Virus record (IMG/VR): IMGVR_UViG_3300010163_000003 | Coordinates: 64,001-128,000 of that record | DNA length: 64,000 bases | Source: a virus | Taxonomy: Duplodnaviria; Caudoviricetes | Reading direction: 5' to 3' (one strand) | Shown: positions 37,150-48,861 of the stretch, in pieces | How the letters are laid out: every line of letters starts with the position of its first letter | Numbering within the stretch: the stretch's first letter is position 1 | Notes under the pieces: generated by a model | What the model saw: the letters and a program-made list of their open reading frames with translations, nothing else | Told to the model about the DNA's origin: nothing | Databases searched by the model: none | Made by a program: the position numbers and the translations under genes

Positions 37150-40100
37150 CTAATCTCTTTTACATTCAAGATATATTTCTGGAGTAATATCAATTACATT
37201 GCTGTACGTATCTTCAACTACTAGACTGTATTGAGGCATATCATATTTATTATATGTGTCTACATATTCTATGATAGGATATACGCCAAGACCAAGCCAT
37301 CGTTTAACTTTTTGCTCTACGTCTCCTTGAGTAAACATGCCGCCAAATTCTTTAAGAACTTTCTTATCAAGTCTGATAATTATAACTCCATTTTCTTGAT
37401 AAGGTTCTCCATCATAATACCCTATATCAAGATAATAATCAGAGTCTGGTTCAAGTTCATGTCTTAAATCATCTTTCATGGATTCGATAATACCGCCACC
37501 ACGAGTACGTGAATCTACAAGTACAGTAGAATGTAAAGACGTGTTCTGTCTGATGTATACAGAACCTATTTGAATATCTACACTACTCTGTGGCATTGGA
37601 TTGTCTATTTGATGATATATACATGCTTTATTGAGCTGAACTACATCTTTAATCATACTATCGTCTTCTCTATCAACTACCATACTGTTATAATCAGGGT
37701 CTACTTCACATATAATAGTAGGCTTTAAGAAGAAATAAATAACTTTATTGAATAAATTTTTAGATGGTTTATCTTCAGATGGAGTATATGTCAAATCAGA
37801 ATAAGTATGATACATATTCGGATTTAAGTCTATACGAGCAAAGTCACTTTTATTGCGCCAAAATCCACGATATACATAGCTTTCTTCTATATAAGTATAA
37901 GTACATACTATGTTATCATTTTCACTTATAGCTTCGTCTGTAATAATTATTCCATCAGAAAAAGATACGTCTTTAATTTTAACTTCATATAATACATTAT
38001 CTACTTTTTTATAAAGCTTAATTGTATTAAATGGTTCAAAACTACATATAAATCCATTAAGCTTATGACTATCATTATAATCGTTCCAAGTACCATTATT
38101 ATATATGCACATGTAATCTTCATTGCCACCAGTTTGATTAGGCTCTCCTGGTGCCCAGTTAGTGTATGTCATTGGTGTTTGTAATGGATCGTCTAACCAA
38201 TACCATGTTCCCTCTTGCATTTCATCAGTGCCACCTACCCAAGCAGAAGGTAATGTGGTTTTTTTAAGTATTTCAACAAAGAAGTCATTTTCTTTTGGTG
38301 TCTTAATAGAAGCTAAACATCCATTTGCATTTTCACAAAATTCTTTTGCTTGTTTCCATGTGGTAGGTTTACTGTATAAACGATAATACTTACCAAATTT
38401 ATAATAAGTATTCTCATCCATATTTATGTCATTAATAAATAATGGATAACATTTAGTTTTAACCATATGAGAATTAATAATAGTTACTGGTTCTTCTACT
38501 ATGTCTACATATGGTCTTTTAAATTTAGGAGAATAATGTTGTAAATCATATTCAGGCATGCTATAGCTTACTTTAGTATGTGTATGATACTGGTCCATTA
38601 TTTGACTATAATGACCAAACTGAATACGGGGATGCCAAGATTCTAACAACCCTTCTTCTCTTGGAGGTAATACAGTAATCTGTCTACTATCTACACATTT
38701 AACTTTAATTCCTGGATAAATCCATGTGCAAGGAAGCTCTTCTTTCTTTTTGCTTATAGGATCTTCATGAATATAGCTTCCACGTTCAACGTAATAAGGA
38801 TTGTTAAATACAAGCTTTTTAGTATATGTTTCTGTATTATCATCTAAAAACCCAGTATCTATAGTAGTTTCAGCTAAAACATAGCCACTGCCATCTGGGT
38901 TACAATATACATTTACGCCACCAATAACTAGCGAATCTTCCTCTGTGTTATTAACTTCAATATAATATATCAATTCAGGACTTTTTAATACATTATTATA
39001 ATCTCCACTAACATCTAATCCACTAATGGTTTTCAAAATTATATCTTTAGGACTAAGATATACACCATCTGACATTGGAGATATAATCATAGCTCTATCA
39101 ACAAATTTTTCATACTCAACTGCAAGAGCATAATCTTTGTTTAGTATATCCGCTTGCATCCATGGAGACATAAATTTCTTATATGGAATAACGTTATTAT
39201 TATTTGAAATAGAGGGTAAATCTTGATGTTCAGCTATTACCCTAAACGAAAAACGAACGTACCTGCGAGTATCTCTTATCCTTAATGGCTGTGCAAGACG
39301 TATTCTATTAACTCTTAAATTTGTATCAATAGCTTCTACAAAGTAATCTCTATTCTGAACCATGTAAGGATAATTATATATATCTTCAGTAACACCATTA
39401 TCTAGCGCTACATTATCTTTATCGTTATCATCATATGCATTATACGTAACTTTAAATGTGTCTGTGGAACTAGATATAAATGATGTAAATAAATCAGCTC
39501 GATATCGCAAAGGACGCTCTACATCTTGAAGTTTATTATCTATTAATTCTTTTGTTGTTTCTGTTTCTTCTATTGTTAATTTCAAAGCATGTTTATACGT
39601 ATTAGGGATATCTTTAAAATTAGAAGTAAATATCTTTACGGCATCGCCTTCATAAAATCCTCGTTCATCAGGGCCGCGATAATCATATATAGGTTTCTTA
39701 AGTGTATGTTTATAGAAACAAGCAACGCCATCTTTAAATACATCTGTAAGATAAACGAAATCTGCTTCTACCCTTGTATAATTCTTTACTTTAGGGATAC
39801 CATTAGCATCTACGCGCTGATTACCTTCTTCATCTAAATCAGGGAAAGGTCTTCGTAATACTCCTTCTGCGTCACTATACATAAGGATTTCATTATCGTC
39901 AGTTACATTCATATTACCAATGGCATTTCCTTTGGTTACAGCTCCTCTATAATAAGCCATTCCATCGTAATCGTACCATACCATTCTAATAACACCGACA
40001 TAAGTAGCAGTTGCTTTGTATTCACTTATTACTTCTTTATACGAAGTTATAGTTTTCTTAAGTAAACCAGCGTATGATACAGTTACATTATATAAATGAC

Positions 40101-41346
40101 TTCCAAATGAAATACCAGAACTAATCTTGCCTTTATATTTAAATTCAAAATGAAATTTAGTATATAACTCTGTTTCTTGATCTACAACTATTTCTGAACT
40201 TTCCATTTGAATACAAATATCTGAATATTTAGATGTAATAGCATCGTTTATTTGTCTTTCAGCATTACTTGGGTCTCCATCAGCTCCACTTAGTAAGTAG
40301 AGAAACTCTTTAATTGCATCATATTTGTAGATATAACTTGTGTCATCAAATTCTGCAAGATAAGAACCTTGTACTTCATCGCCAATTAGATCTTCTAATT
40401 GTTTGCTCATGAACTTTTCCATCTTATCTATTTTTTCTTGTATAGAAAGATTACTGTCCGCTTTAGCTTTGTCATATTTAAAAGTCCTACTTAATATTGT
40501 AACGCCATCTAAATCTATTTCAGTAATTTTACTGGTTTCATTTGTAGGAGAATCTGGATCTTCTACAATATCAAGATTAGGACCGTCGCTAAATGACAAT
40601 GTGCCAGTAGCTTGATCTAATGTATTGGGTCTACCCTTAATAAAGTTTTTTACATCAGTATTACATGAGCCAACAACACCACAGTTTCCATCATTTATTG
40701 TGATACCGCTAGGCCATAAGCCACCTTTCTTTGGAGACTTCATCCATTTATCTACTTCAGATGCTGGCATATAATGTCCATAGATATCATAATAACTTAT
40801 TTCATAGTTATTAATTTGTCTATCAAGAACTTCTGTTTTAGGAATTTTTTCTGTTTTACTTTCTTCATATGTAACAGTATCTAAGTATAGAGTTCCTTCA
40901 TACCCTCTTGAATCCTTTTTGTATTCATAAGATTTGGGAATGCTATCTTTATTTTTGCGAGGGAGATAATAAGTTTCAGTTTTAGTTGCAGATTCTATTT
41001 CTATATGGGCATCTTTATTCCATTGCACATACATACGTCCTAGTTTACCAGAGTACCCTTCTTCGTCTTCATAAGTAATGAACCCTGGGAAAAGATTATC
41101 ATCTGCTACAGCTTTATTAAAAAGATATCTATACCCTTCTTCTATACGATGATCTACAGTATTTCTAGGTGCATCAGACGTTAAAACTTTTTCCGCATCA
41201 GTTGCAACAGGATTATAATAGTATGCAAGATTAACTGCCTCTGGCGGGACAGTGCGCCCAATCCGAAGGGAAGGTTCCTTCGGATGGGTAGATATAGTAT
41301 CGCTAAAAGGTCTTGTTGCTTTAAACATATTGCACCGTCCATTCAT
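37150..41346 (-). CDS. Large virion protein with inserted C-type lectin domain
   Basis: TW..A..FC....LASI...EN...WVGG.D...EG.W.W...NW.PGEPN...EDY...WND...FIC at ~38037-38392. Confidence 0.8.
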   Translation of the reverse strand: MNGRCNMFKATRPFSDTISTHPKEPSLRIGRTVPPEAVNLAYYYNPVATDAEKVLTSDAPRNTVDHRIEEGYRYLFNKAVADDNLFPGFITYEDEEGYSGKLGRMYVQWNKDAHIEIESATKTETYYLPRKNKDSIPKSYEYKKDSRGYEGTLYLDTVTYEESKTEKIPKTEVLDRQINNYEISYYDIYGHYMPASEVDKWMKSPKKGGLWPSGITINDGNCGVVGSCNTDVKNFIKGRPNTLDQATGTLSFSDGPNLDIVEDPDSPTNETSKITEIDLDGVTILSRTFKYDKAKADSNLSIQEKIDKMEKFMSKQLEDLIGDEVQGSYLAEFDDTSYIYKYDAIKEFLYLLSGADGDPSNAERQINDAITSKYSDICIQMESSEIVVDQETELYTKFHFEFKYKGKISSGISFGSHLYNVTVSYAGLLKKTITSYKEVISEYKATATYVGVIRMVWYDYDGMAYYRGAVTKGNAIGNMNVTDDNEILMYSDAEGVLRRPFPDLDEEGNQRVDANGIPKVKNYTRVEADFVYLTDVFKDGVACFYKHTLKKPIYDYRGPDERGFYEGDAVKIFTSNFKDIPNTYKHALKLTIEETETTKELIDNKLQDVERPLRYRADLFTSFISSSTDTFKVTYNAYDDNDKDNVALDNGVTEDIYNYPYMVQNRDYFVEAIDTNLRVNRIRLAQPLRIRDTRRYVRFSFRVIAEHQDLPSISNNNNVIPYKKFMSPWMQADILNKDYALAVEYEKFVDRAMIISPMSDGVYLSPKDIILKTISGLDVSGDYNNVLKSPELIYYIEVNNTEEDSLVIGGVNVYCNPDGSGYVLAETTIDTGFLDDNTETYTKKLVFNNPYYVERGSYIHEDPISKKKEELPCTWIYPGIKVKCVDSRQITVLPPREEGLLESWHPRIQFGHYSQIMDQYHTHTKVSYSMPEYDLQHYSPKFKRPYVDIVEEPVTIINSHMVKTKCYPLFINDINMDENTYYKFGKYYRLYSKPTTWKQAKEFCENANGCLASIKTPKENDFFVEILKKTTLPSAWVGGTDEMQEGTWYWLDDPLQTPMTYTNWAPGEPNQTGGNEDYMCIYNNGTWNDYNDSHKLNGFICSFEPFNTIKLYKKVDNVLYEVKIKDVSFSDGIIITDEAISENDNIVCTYTYIEESYVYRGFWRNKSDFARIDLNPNMYHTYSDLTYTPSEDKPSKNLFNKVIYFFLKPTIICEVDPDYNSMVVDREDDSMIKDVVQLNKACIYHQIDNPMPQSSVDIQIGSVYIRQNTSLHSTVLVDSRTRGGGIIESMKDDLRHELEPDSDYYLDIGYYDGEPYQENGVIIIRLDKKVLKEFGGMFTQGDVEQKVKRWLGLGVYPIIEYVDTYNKYDMPQYSLVVEDTYSNVIDITPEIYLECKRD

Positions 41347-44300
41347 TAAACATTGTCTATACTTAATGATTTATAAATATAATCAGTACCGCCTCTGTAA
41401 ACTGTTGCAGTAAGAATATCTGTACATTTGCCATTAAATGAAGTATACGTTGCTTTAGCAGTTCCTTTGCTATCTGTTTTAACAATTCCTGGAGTAAGTT
41501 TACCATAGTTAGTTGTACATTTAAAGTATACTTGTTGATTAGGTATGGGTTGACCATTTTGATCCATAACTTTAACTGTAACATTTACTTTTTCTGTTCC
41601 ATTGCCTTGTACTATAGATTTATTAGAAGTCATAGTCATTCTATCTATAGTAGTAATAAAATTCATTGCATTCTTTTCGTTAGTAATTTGTATAGAATTA
41701 GATATTGTTCTTCCGTCATCAGTAATTACACGAGCAGTAATAATATCCATACATTCTACTACAGCAGATTGATATAATACATGAACAACTCCATTTATAT
41801 CAGTAATATATGAGTCGGAATCTATAATACCTCCGCCAGGTTCAAATCTTCCGCCTGATGTTGGTCTGTATGCATTGCCACAATCTATATATACTTGTTT
41901 TTCAATAACAGGATTATCAAGTATATCTAATACTTCTATGCAAATATCAAGTTTATCGTAACCGCCAGCTTCGATAGTAGTTGGATTACAATATATATTG
42001 ATTTTATAGGCATCATTATGATCATCAGTAAGATATATAAATCCTTTATAATCTGTTCTATAAACAGGATTGAGGCTTAATGTACTTGCTACTAATTTAT
42101 TGTTAGATGTATTAGTTTCAAAGTATACTTTAACTTTATTAGGGACAGGAATATCTTCACCAGTGTGTAGATATATGATAGTAGTATTAGCATCTCTATC
42201 TATATCAGCTATGAAGCTATACAAAATACAATATTCTACTTTAATTTTATGACCACTTTCAATAAGGTCTTTAAAAATAGCATAATGATTAGCTAACTTA
42301 TAATCGTTATCTTTATCGAGTTCTTTCCCATCTAAGAAAAGCTTGATTCGTTTTGGATCATATCTACTAGTTGGTAACTCAATGTATTTAGTATCTTCTA
42401 TAAGTTCATATTCTTTTTCTAATAAGAAAGAATCTTGATGATGCAATTCTATGTAAGTATTACCTTCAGGGTCTTCTATAGAAATAGGAGCATATTGTTG
42501 AGGAGTACCTATAATTTTTACAATATCATGCTCATCTCTTTCATCTCGTTCAACAAAAATATATGGAGTCTTCACTGGGTTAATCTTAGGAGTTAATGGA
42601 GCTTTTGCTTCAATAGCCGTGTTAAGGTAATCCCATGGTCTTGCTCCTAATATATTTTTATTATATCTAAGAGTAATAGATTTAGCAGAACATTGAATAT
42701 TAATCTTATCTATTTCAGAATACGCATAATTACGCTCTAATATATCTGCCCCAATAACTTTTTCTATATCTTCAAATACGGTATGATATTCTCCGTCCAT
42801 TGGAATTTCTATAGCCTCAGTATTAATAAAGTTTTCTACGATATCACTAGCTGCATATGTACCAGTCATAGAAATCTTTTTAATATATGGTAAGTTGTCT
42901 TCTACTGTGCGTTTAGTGGTAATTTGCTTGTGAAGCCAATATACTTTTTGTCCGCTAGGGATAATGATTTTATATCTAACGTAACGACCTTTTAAAGAAC
43001 CACTAATGCTATTTGCATTTTTCCATGCAACACGTTCCATCAATAATGAATCTTCATCATTGGATGCTGCATAATATAATGCACATTTAGCGCCTTTATA
43101 TTTTTTTGCGTCAGTAGAAGCAAATATACTTAATTTAATTTCAGATTCGCAACCAAAATCTATTATGCGAGATACGAATTCACCATTATTAGGTAATCCA
43201 CCGGTAGTAATATGGTCAGTAATAGTGACAACATTTAGAGAATTTGCTTCACTAATATCATCTTTCCAGTCAAGATAACAACATGCATAATCATTCCATG
43301 TAAATTCTTCATTAACTGGTGCTGCACTTAATGTGCAACAAATTTGATATGCGTTACTTAATGGGATGCTAGATGTAATTGGTACTGAATTATTTGCAAT
43401 ATATGTCCAGTCAGACCATTTACCAGTTTCAATAATGTAACTACGAGCCATAAGGAATGGGATTGTAGCTCCATTATTTGCTTCAAAATCTACACTGATA
43501 GTGCCTGCTGTTGTAAGTTTATTTGGGAATAATATAACAGGAGACTCATATATTTGAGGTTCATACTCTCTATAATATTCGCCATTAATAGTTGGTTTTA
43601 GCGTAAGACCTTTTTCTTTTTCCCATATAAATAGATTTTCGTTTTTTAGTAAAGAAGAACGAGTCTGTTTTACAATTTCATAATTTTCAGGAGCAGCAGC
43701 TTTGTGCCTTAATGTTACATCAAAGATAACATGTCCCCATGCAATATCAACGTTATTTTCGTCATATGTTTCAAAGTTAGCTTGGACATCAAATTCACTA
43801 TAAGCGTAATATTCGTGTTGATTCAAATAATAATATCCATTGTGAACATGAGGAGACCATTTACTAGTAGCATTAACAACGCCTTTAAATGCAACTGTAA
43901 CATTTGCCTTACCAGCGTCATCAAACATAATTTCATTTGGATACCTTAGAGGCATTACATCTGAGTTATCAGTTGCAACATCAAGATAATAATTCTCATA
44001 AGTATATACAGTACTTGGTTTTTCTAACTCATATGTTGTTTCTCTTGTCTTATTGTCGAATATCTCTTGATTCTCTCTATTGATAGTTTGAATAACATCG
44101 TAATAATCGACATCTTTCCATACTACAGAATCGCAACTAAATATAGCTGTATCTCCATTAAATCTAGTAATATCATCTATTGGCTTTTTAGTTATCGAAT
44201 CAGTAATAGGATGACTCCAACGATAATATACTATAGAATCTTCAGGATAGTATTCTGTGATTAGCATATATATCTCTATAGTTTTACGATCTACGCTTGT

Positions 44301-47300
44301 AGGAATGTTAAACTGTGGAGTGTCTACAACTAGATCTTTTTTACCATTAACATTTCCTGCACTATATTGACCGTTTACCTGGCCATAAAATTCTGGCATA
44401 TTTGGCCCTGGTAATTCATCATAATATGGAATAACTTTATCTTTTGGCTTAGATCGAAAATGTATATAATCGTCTACTGTCCAACCGTTATCAATTTCAC
44501 CTTTCCACTCACGTTGTGTCCATTGTATAACTCCTTCTTTAATGGAAGGAGACCATGTTCTATCTCCTACGATTGGTGGATCAGACATTGGATCTGGAGA
44601 AATATCAGGGCTACAATAATTGCTAATATAATATTTATCTGTATCACCCATACTATATATATTATTGGCATAATATATCCTAAGAAATACAATATGTAAG
44701 TATTCATTATATGGGTCACAATCAGGTAAAATTTCTTTTATAGGTGTATCAGCCATTGGGTCTTCTATATTAAAACGATAATCAAGTATAGGAGAAGAAT
44801 AATATCTAGATATTTCTGCAACAATATCTTTTTTAAGCGGGTCAAAAGTTTCTTCGTCACCAGCAGTCTTTAATTTTTTAGCTCCAGATATAGTAACATC
44901 GTCGTCTAATTGTATTAACGTAAGATGATGATTTATATCAGAAGGACTCATTCCTGTTGGAGATAAACCTTTGCGTTTTCTATTATGTAAATCACTGCTA
45001 TAATTTTTGTTGGAATCCAATAATATTACCCTGTTCATGTCATAGGCATTAAGTTCATGTTCTATATACCTATCCCCATCATAGATAATAGCGTCGGTAT
45101 ACCCACTAATTTGGAGTTTGCTATTGTTTGTAATAAAATATACGTCATCACCAAATGTAGTACTCTTACCTTTGTTCCATATATTACAGGTAGCGTCAAC
45201 AGTGCCTTCTATACCAGATGACTCATCTGAGAATAAACTTTCAGACGAATCAGTATTATCTTCATCTGATAATCTAAAATCTTTAAAGATACGAAAGTTA
45301 TTAACAAGAATAGTGTCTTTCCCTTTTACTTTTATAAAATCATACCCGTCTGGTAAATCCACTTTATCTTTTATTGCTTGTAAAAGATTATTACATAATA
45401 TTTTGGGATTACTTTTTGGGATGACACTGCCAATTATAGCTCTCTTTTCAGATTTAGAGTATCCAACTGGAGTAACGGTATTGTCGAATGTAAAAGGATA
45501 TGGATCACTTTCTACATGAATAGATTTTAGCGTATCGATTTCAGCAGGAGCTTCTATTTCTACATCAGTTTCTGAAGTTGGAACCCATTCTTTAAAAGCA
45601 TCTTCTGTCTCTGTGCTAGGTTCATCCATTTTAGTTCTAATCTTTACAGTAGGAAGAGAATCAACAATATTTTTAGCAACTTCTTGGAATAAACTATAAT
45701 GACTTTCGGTAAGGAAGCCAGTGTTGTCCATGTAACGGACTCCTTCATATAACACATCGACACTAGGAACGCCATAGCGTTTCTTATTTTCTTCTGTCAT
45801 CCATGCGAAATGCCATTGATAGATAAATTCAAACCAATCTCGGCCTTTAGTTGTATCTATTGTTGGATGTCCACCTGGTTTGATTTTCTCTCTTTCTAAA
45901 ATTGTTTTTATTTGTTGTGTCCAAGATGCATTCTTGTGACTTTCTGGATATAGAATCATTTCAGGCCATACTTCTCTTTTAGCTCTAAGTCTACATGTTT
46001 CTATTGCGGTTGCACATGGATTGCCTAAAAATGTTCTACCTGCTTTATGTGGATAGAACACTTCGCCCATTGCATAACTTCCATCATCTTTTTTTCTTTT
46101 ATATTTACTATCATAAGCATGCCAAAATGCTTTTATAGTCATTGCCATATATCTGGTAAGTTGACAATCATTATCTGACTGCATTATCGCTCCATTATTA
46201 TTTCTACCGTCAAGACCACCTATATAGTTACCTCCTCCAACTTTTCTATAGGTTCCTCCCATACATAATGGAGGTAGATGACCTTGAGGATCGTTCGGGC
46301 CATGTTCGCCAGCTAAATATTTATAAGAGTCAGAATTAAACATTGCATCAGTTATAGCAAATGAAGTTAAACTTGCAGGATCATTAACATTTGTACCGCC
46401 CTCATTGGGTAATTCCATTGACCAAGTAGCTTCGGAAGTTAATTTAAATCCAGACATTATGAATACAAAATTTCTAACATCGCTTTTAAGTTTTCCACCC
46501 CTGAATTTTGCGCCAGGGGCAACTTCTGTGTCTTCACCAAATGCTGCACTGATTGAATTGTATATTCTATGGTCTTCATATTTATATATTTCATTTCCTC
46601 CTCTTGGGAGGTACATATAGTCGGATTTTTCTTTATTGCTAGCAAACCAGTGAGAAGGGTTATTAGGATCATGTCCGTACTCATGTCTTCCCTTGCTGTT
46701 ACTTTCGTACCATCGAGTTCCTCCGTGTCCAATATTGGTTCCGCCATCAGTAAAAATACATTGAATCACAGTTCTTTTTATCTTTGTAGCACTTAAGTAT
46801 CCTACTCCGCCTATACCTGGGTCTGTGTCTTTTACTAATTCGCCAAATTTAGACTTAGTAGTATTCCATGACAATCCTTTCATAAAATTGCGATTGTAAT
46901 CTATACTTTGATGAGGACCCACAGCCACTCCCCAATAAGCACAAGAGCCATCACCAGCAGGATATTGATCTCTATCGCCATAATTTCTAGCTTGATCAGT
47001 ATCAGGATAACCATTACAATTTTTATTATATTGACTCGAACCGTTTAAGCTATAATCACCTAAAATACATAGTTCTTTGGGAATTGGTGGATTAAATTTA
47101 TTTTTAGCCCATGAGTAACAAAACTTTTCTATATAGCCGCCATTGATTACTTTTTTAGCAACTTCAGGACTATATCCTTTATAAAAAACTTTAGCAGTTA
47201 CTGCACCACTATCGCTTCCGCCCATTATACTATTATATTTTACTGTTTCTCCGCCTGGACCAAATCTATCTCTTGCGCAAATATTCCCGCCGAATCCAAC

Positions 47301-48857
47301 AATCACGTATTGAACCGCTATACTCTCATTCATATTGCTTACTGGATCAGGACCGCCTTTAGGATCTGGTCTTAGGCTGCGTCCAACAGGCCATTCCAAA
47401 ATATATTTTCTTAATTCTGGTTCATATCCAGGTTCTTTTGCTTGAATTTTTTTATCTATTTCTTGAACTACTTGCATGTATCTTGCGCGTTCTTTTTCCG
47501 CTTCTCCGCCGATATAATTAATTATGATAGTAGCTCCATCTCTTGAAGCACCAAACGTAGTAGTACTTACTTGCTGCCCATTATAGTTATGCCATTTACT
47601 ATCGGCTGTAGGAGGCTTAGTATCCCATCCATTACATCTTATTGACTTATGAGGAACACTTTCATCAAACATAGAACCAGACATATCTATAGAAATTACT
47701 AATGTTATAGGCATAATGAATTTAAATGTATCATTAGCTCCTGGAACACCAGGAATTGTAACTCCTTCTTCATAAACGCCTTCAGCCATTGTAATATTAA
47801 CGTCGCTCGTCTCATCAGTAGTTTTGCGAAGAAATACGTCACAACTAAAATAAGTATTAATTGTAATTGGTTTAACGCACCACATATAATCATGAGCGCG
47901 AACCCATTCCCTTGGGTATGCAGTTAAATCAAAAGCAACTTCACCTTCTTGATCTGTAACCGTTTGTTCTCCTTCAAGGCATATTTTATAATTAAAGTTC
48001 ACTTTATCAAAACGTTTTTCTTTTTGAATACGTCTACCAGTAATCTTAAAATATGCTTTAAACTTTTGATAAAAATCTGCATCCATTTGTTTATAGACTT
48101 TTAAATCTGTAAAATCTCCAACACCAGAATGAAACGCTTTCATTCTAGAATTCATAATTAAACATTTGCCTTCATCAGTAATCAAATCATAGCTCTTAGC
48201 AATACCATACTTTTCAAGAGAAATGGATGGATTTACAGTCTCTGTATGAACAGTACAGTTAGCAGATGGAAATGATATTTGTTTATCATTGAAACTGATA
48301 AGACGACGTGTATATGCAGTGTTGGGTTTAAGTCCAGTTTCGGTATATATATTTACGCCTATAGGTAACTCAGCTATGATAGCTTCTTTGTCATCCTCAT
48401 TATCAAAATCTATAGCTCTTGTAACAAGACGATGAGCACATCCATCATCTTCCCATGACCATATGATAGTCGTGCTATCATATGCTTCACCATGTAGTTC
48501 AGGAATGTCTAAAGGTTTTAAAAAAGGATGTATATAACATTTAAACGTGGGTTTTAATGAAGCCTCATTTTGTTCATTTGTAAATTCAAAATATACATCA
48601 ACCATTTCATCTGCACTAATGGCTTCAAATTCATCTATTTCTATATCACGTTCGGTAAGTTTATTATTTTTTAGATATTGGTTTATCTCTTTACGAAACA
48701 ACTCTAAGAGGTAAACATTCTCCTGAAGAACATGGTGATTGTTATATAATAAATCACCTGATTCTTGAATGTCTTTTTCAAAGAGTTTAATAAATGTTTC
48801 CTTTGCATTCGTAATAAGATTTACGATAGTTACGGATAACTCATATTGTATAACCAT
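41346..48857 (-). CDS. Giant virion protein (2503 aa): FN3, expanded vWA, C-terminal Big_1 domains
   Basis: IIWSW...GLKPNTAY; IDMSGSM...FTDG; V.V.D..G.P...V.F...TD..G twice. Confidence 0.75.
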   Translation of the reverse strand: MVIQYELSVTIVNLITNAKETFIKLFEKDIQESGDLLYNNHHVLQENVYLLELFRKEINQYLKNNKLTERDIEIDEFEAISADEMVDVYFEFTNEQNEASLKPTFKCYIHPFLKPLDIPELHGEAYDSTTIIWSWEDDGCAHRLVTRAIDFDNEDDKEAIIAELPIGVNIYTETGLKPNTAYTRRLISFNDKQISFPSANCTVHTETVNPSISLEKYGIAKSYDLITDEGKCLIMNSRMKAFHSGVGDFTDLKVYKQMDADFYQKFKAYFKITGRRIQKEKRFDKVNFNYKICLEGEQTVTDQEGEVAFDLTAYPREWVRAHDYMWCVKPITINTYFSCDVFLRKTTDETSDVNITMAEGVYEEGVTIPGVPGANDTFKFIMPITLVISIDMSGSMFDESVPHKSIRCNGWDTKPPTADSKWHNYNGQQVSTTTFGASRDGATIIINYIGGEAEKERARYMQVVQEIDKKIQAKEPGYEPELRKYILEWPVGRSLRPDPKGGPDPVSNMNESIAVQYVIVGFGGNICARDRFGPGGETVKYNSIMGGSDSGAVTAKVFYKGYSPEVAKKVINGGYIEKFCYSWAKNKFNPPIPKELCILGDYSLNGSSQYNKNCNGYPDTDQARNYGDRDQYPAGDGSCAYWGVAVGPHQSIDYNRNFMKGLSWNTTKSKFGELVKDTDPGIGGVGYLSATKIKRTVIQCIFTDGGTNIGHGGTRWYESNSKGRHEYGHDPNNPSHWFASNKEKSDYMYLPRGGNEIYKYEDHRIYNSISAAFGEDTEVAPGAKFRGGKLKSDVRNFVFIMSGFKLTSEATWSMELPNEGGTNVNDPASLTSFAITDAMFNSDSYKYLAGEHGPNDPQGHLPPLCMGGTYRKVGGGNYIGGLDGRNNNGAIMQSDNDCQLTRYMAMTIKAFWHAYDSKYKRKKDDGSYAMGEVFYPHKAGRTFLGNPCATAIETCRLRAKREVWPEMILYPESHKNASWTQQIKTILEREKIKPGGHPTIDTTKGRDWFEFIYQWHFAWMTEENKKRYGVPSVDVLYEGVRYMDNTGFLTESHYSLFQEVAKNIVDSLPTVKIRTKMDEPSTETEDAFKEWVPTSETDVEIEAPAEIDTLKSIHVESDPYPFTFDNTVTPVGYSKSEKRAIIGSVIPKSNPKILCNNLLQAIKDKVDLPDGYDFIKVKGKDTILVNNFRIFKDFRLSDEDNTDSSESLFSDESSGIEGTVDATCNIWNKGKSTTFGDDVYFITNNSKLQISGYTDAIIYDGDRYIEHELNAYDMNRVILLDSNKNYSSDLHNRKRKGLSPTGMSPSDINHHLTLIQLDDDVTISGAKKLKTAGDEETFDPLKKDIVAEISRYYSSPILDYRFNIEDPMADTPIKEILPDCDPYNEYLHIVFLRIYYANNIYSMGDTDKYYISNYCSPDISPDPMSDPPIVGDRTWSPSIKEGVIQWTQREWKGEIDNGWTVDDYIHFRSKPKDKVIPYYDELPGPNMPEFYGQVNGQYSAGNVNGKKDLVVDTPQFNIPTSVDRKTIEIYMLITEYYPEDSIVYYRWSHPITDSITKKPIDDITRFNGDTAIFSCDSVVWKDVDYYDVIQTINRENQEIFDNKTRETTYELEKPSTVYTYENYYLDVATDNSDVMPLRYPNEIMFDDAGKANVTVAFKGVVNATSKWSPHVHNGYYYLNQHEYYAYSEFDVQANFETYDENNVDIAWGHVIFDVTLRHKAAAPENYEIVKQTRSSLLKNENLFIWEKEKGLTLKPTINGEYYREYEPQIYESPVILFPNKLTTAGTISVDFEANNGATIPFLMARSYIIETGKWSDWTYIANNSVPITSSIPLSNAYQICCTLSAAPVNEEFTWNDYACCYLDWKDDISEANSLNVVTITDHITTGGLPNNGEFVSRIIDFGCESEIKLSIFASTDAKKYKGAKCALYYAASNDEDSLLMERVAWKNANSISGSLKGRYVRYKIIIPSGQKVYWLHKQITTKRTVEDNLPYIKKISMTGTYAASDIVENFINTEAIEIPMDGEYHTVFEDIEKVIGADILERNYAYSEIDKINIQCSAKSITLRYNKNILGARPWDYLNTAIEAKAPLTPKINPVKTPYIFVERDERDEHDIVKIIGTPQQYAPISIEDPEGNTYIELHHQDSFLLEKEYELIEDTKYIELPTSRYDPKRIKLFLDGKELDKDNDYKLANHYAIFKDLIESGHKIKVEYCILYSFIADIDRDANTTIIYLHTGEDIPVPNKVKVYFETNTSNNKLVASTLSLNPVYRTDYKGFIYLTDDHNDAYKINIYCNPTTIEAGGYDKLDICIEVLDILDNPVIEKQVYIDCGNAYRPTSGGRFEPGGGIIDSDSYITDINGVVHVLYQSAVVECMDIITARVITDDGRTISNSIQITNEKNAMNFITTIDRMTMTSNKSIVQGNGTEKVNVTVKVMDQNGQPIPNQQVYFKCTTNYGKLTPGIVKTDSKGTAKATYTSFNGKCTDILTATVYRGGTDYIYKSLSIDNV

Positions 48858-48861
48858 ATGG

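Noticed and set aside
29646-41346. Diversity-generating retroelement targeting the lectin domains
   Set aside because: No reverse transcriptase and no adenine-variant TR/VR repeat pair seen in this window. One elsewhere in the genome cannot be excluded.
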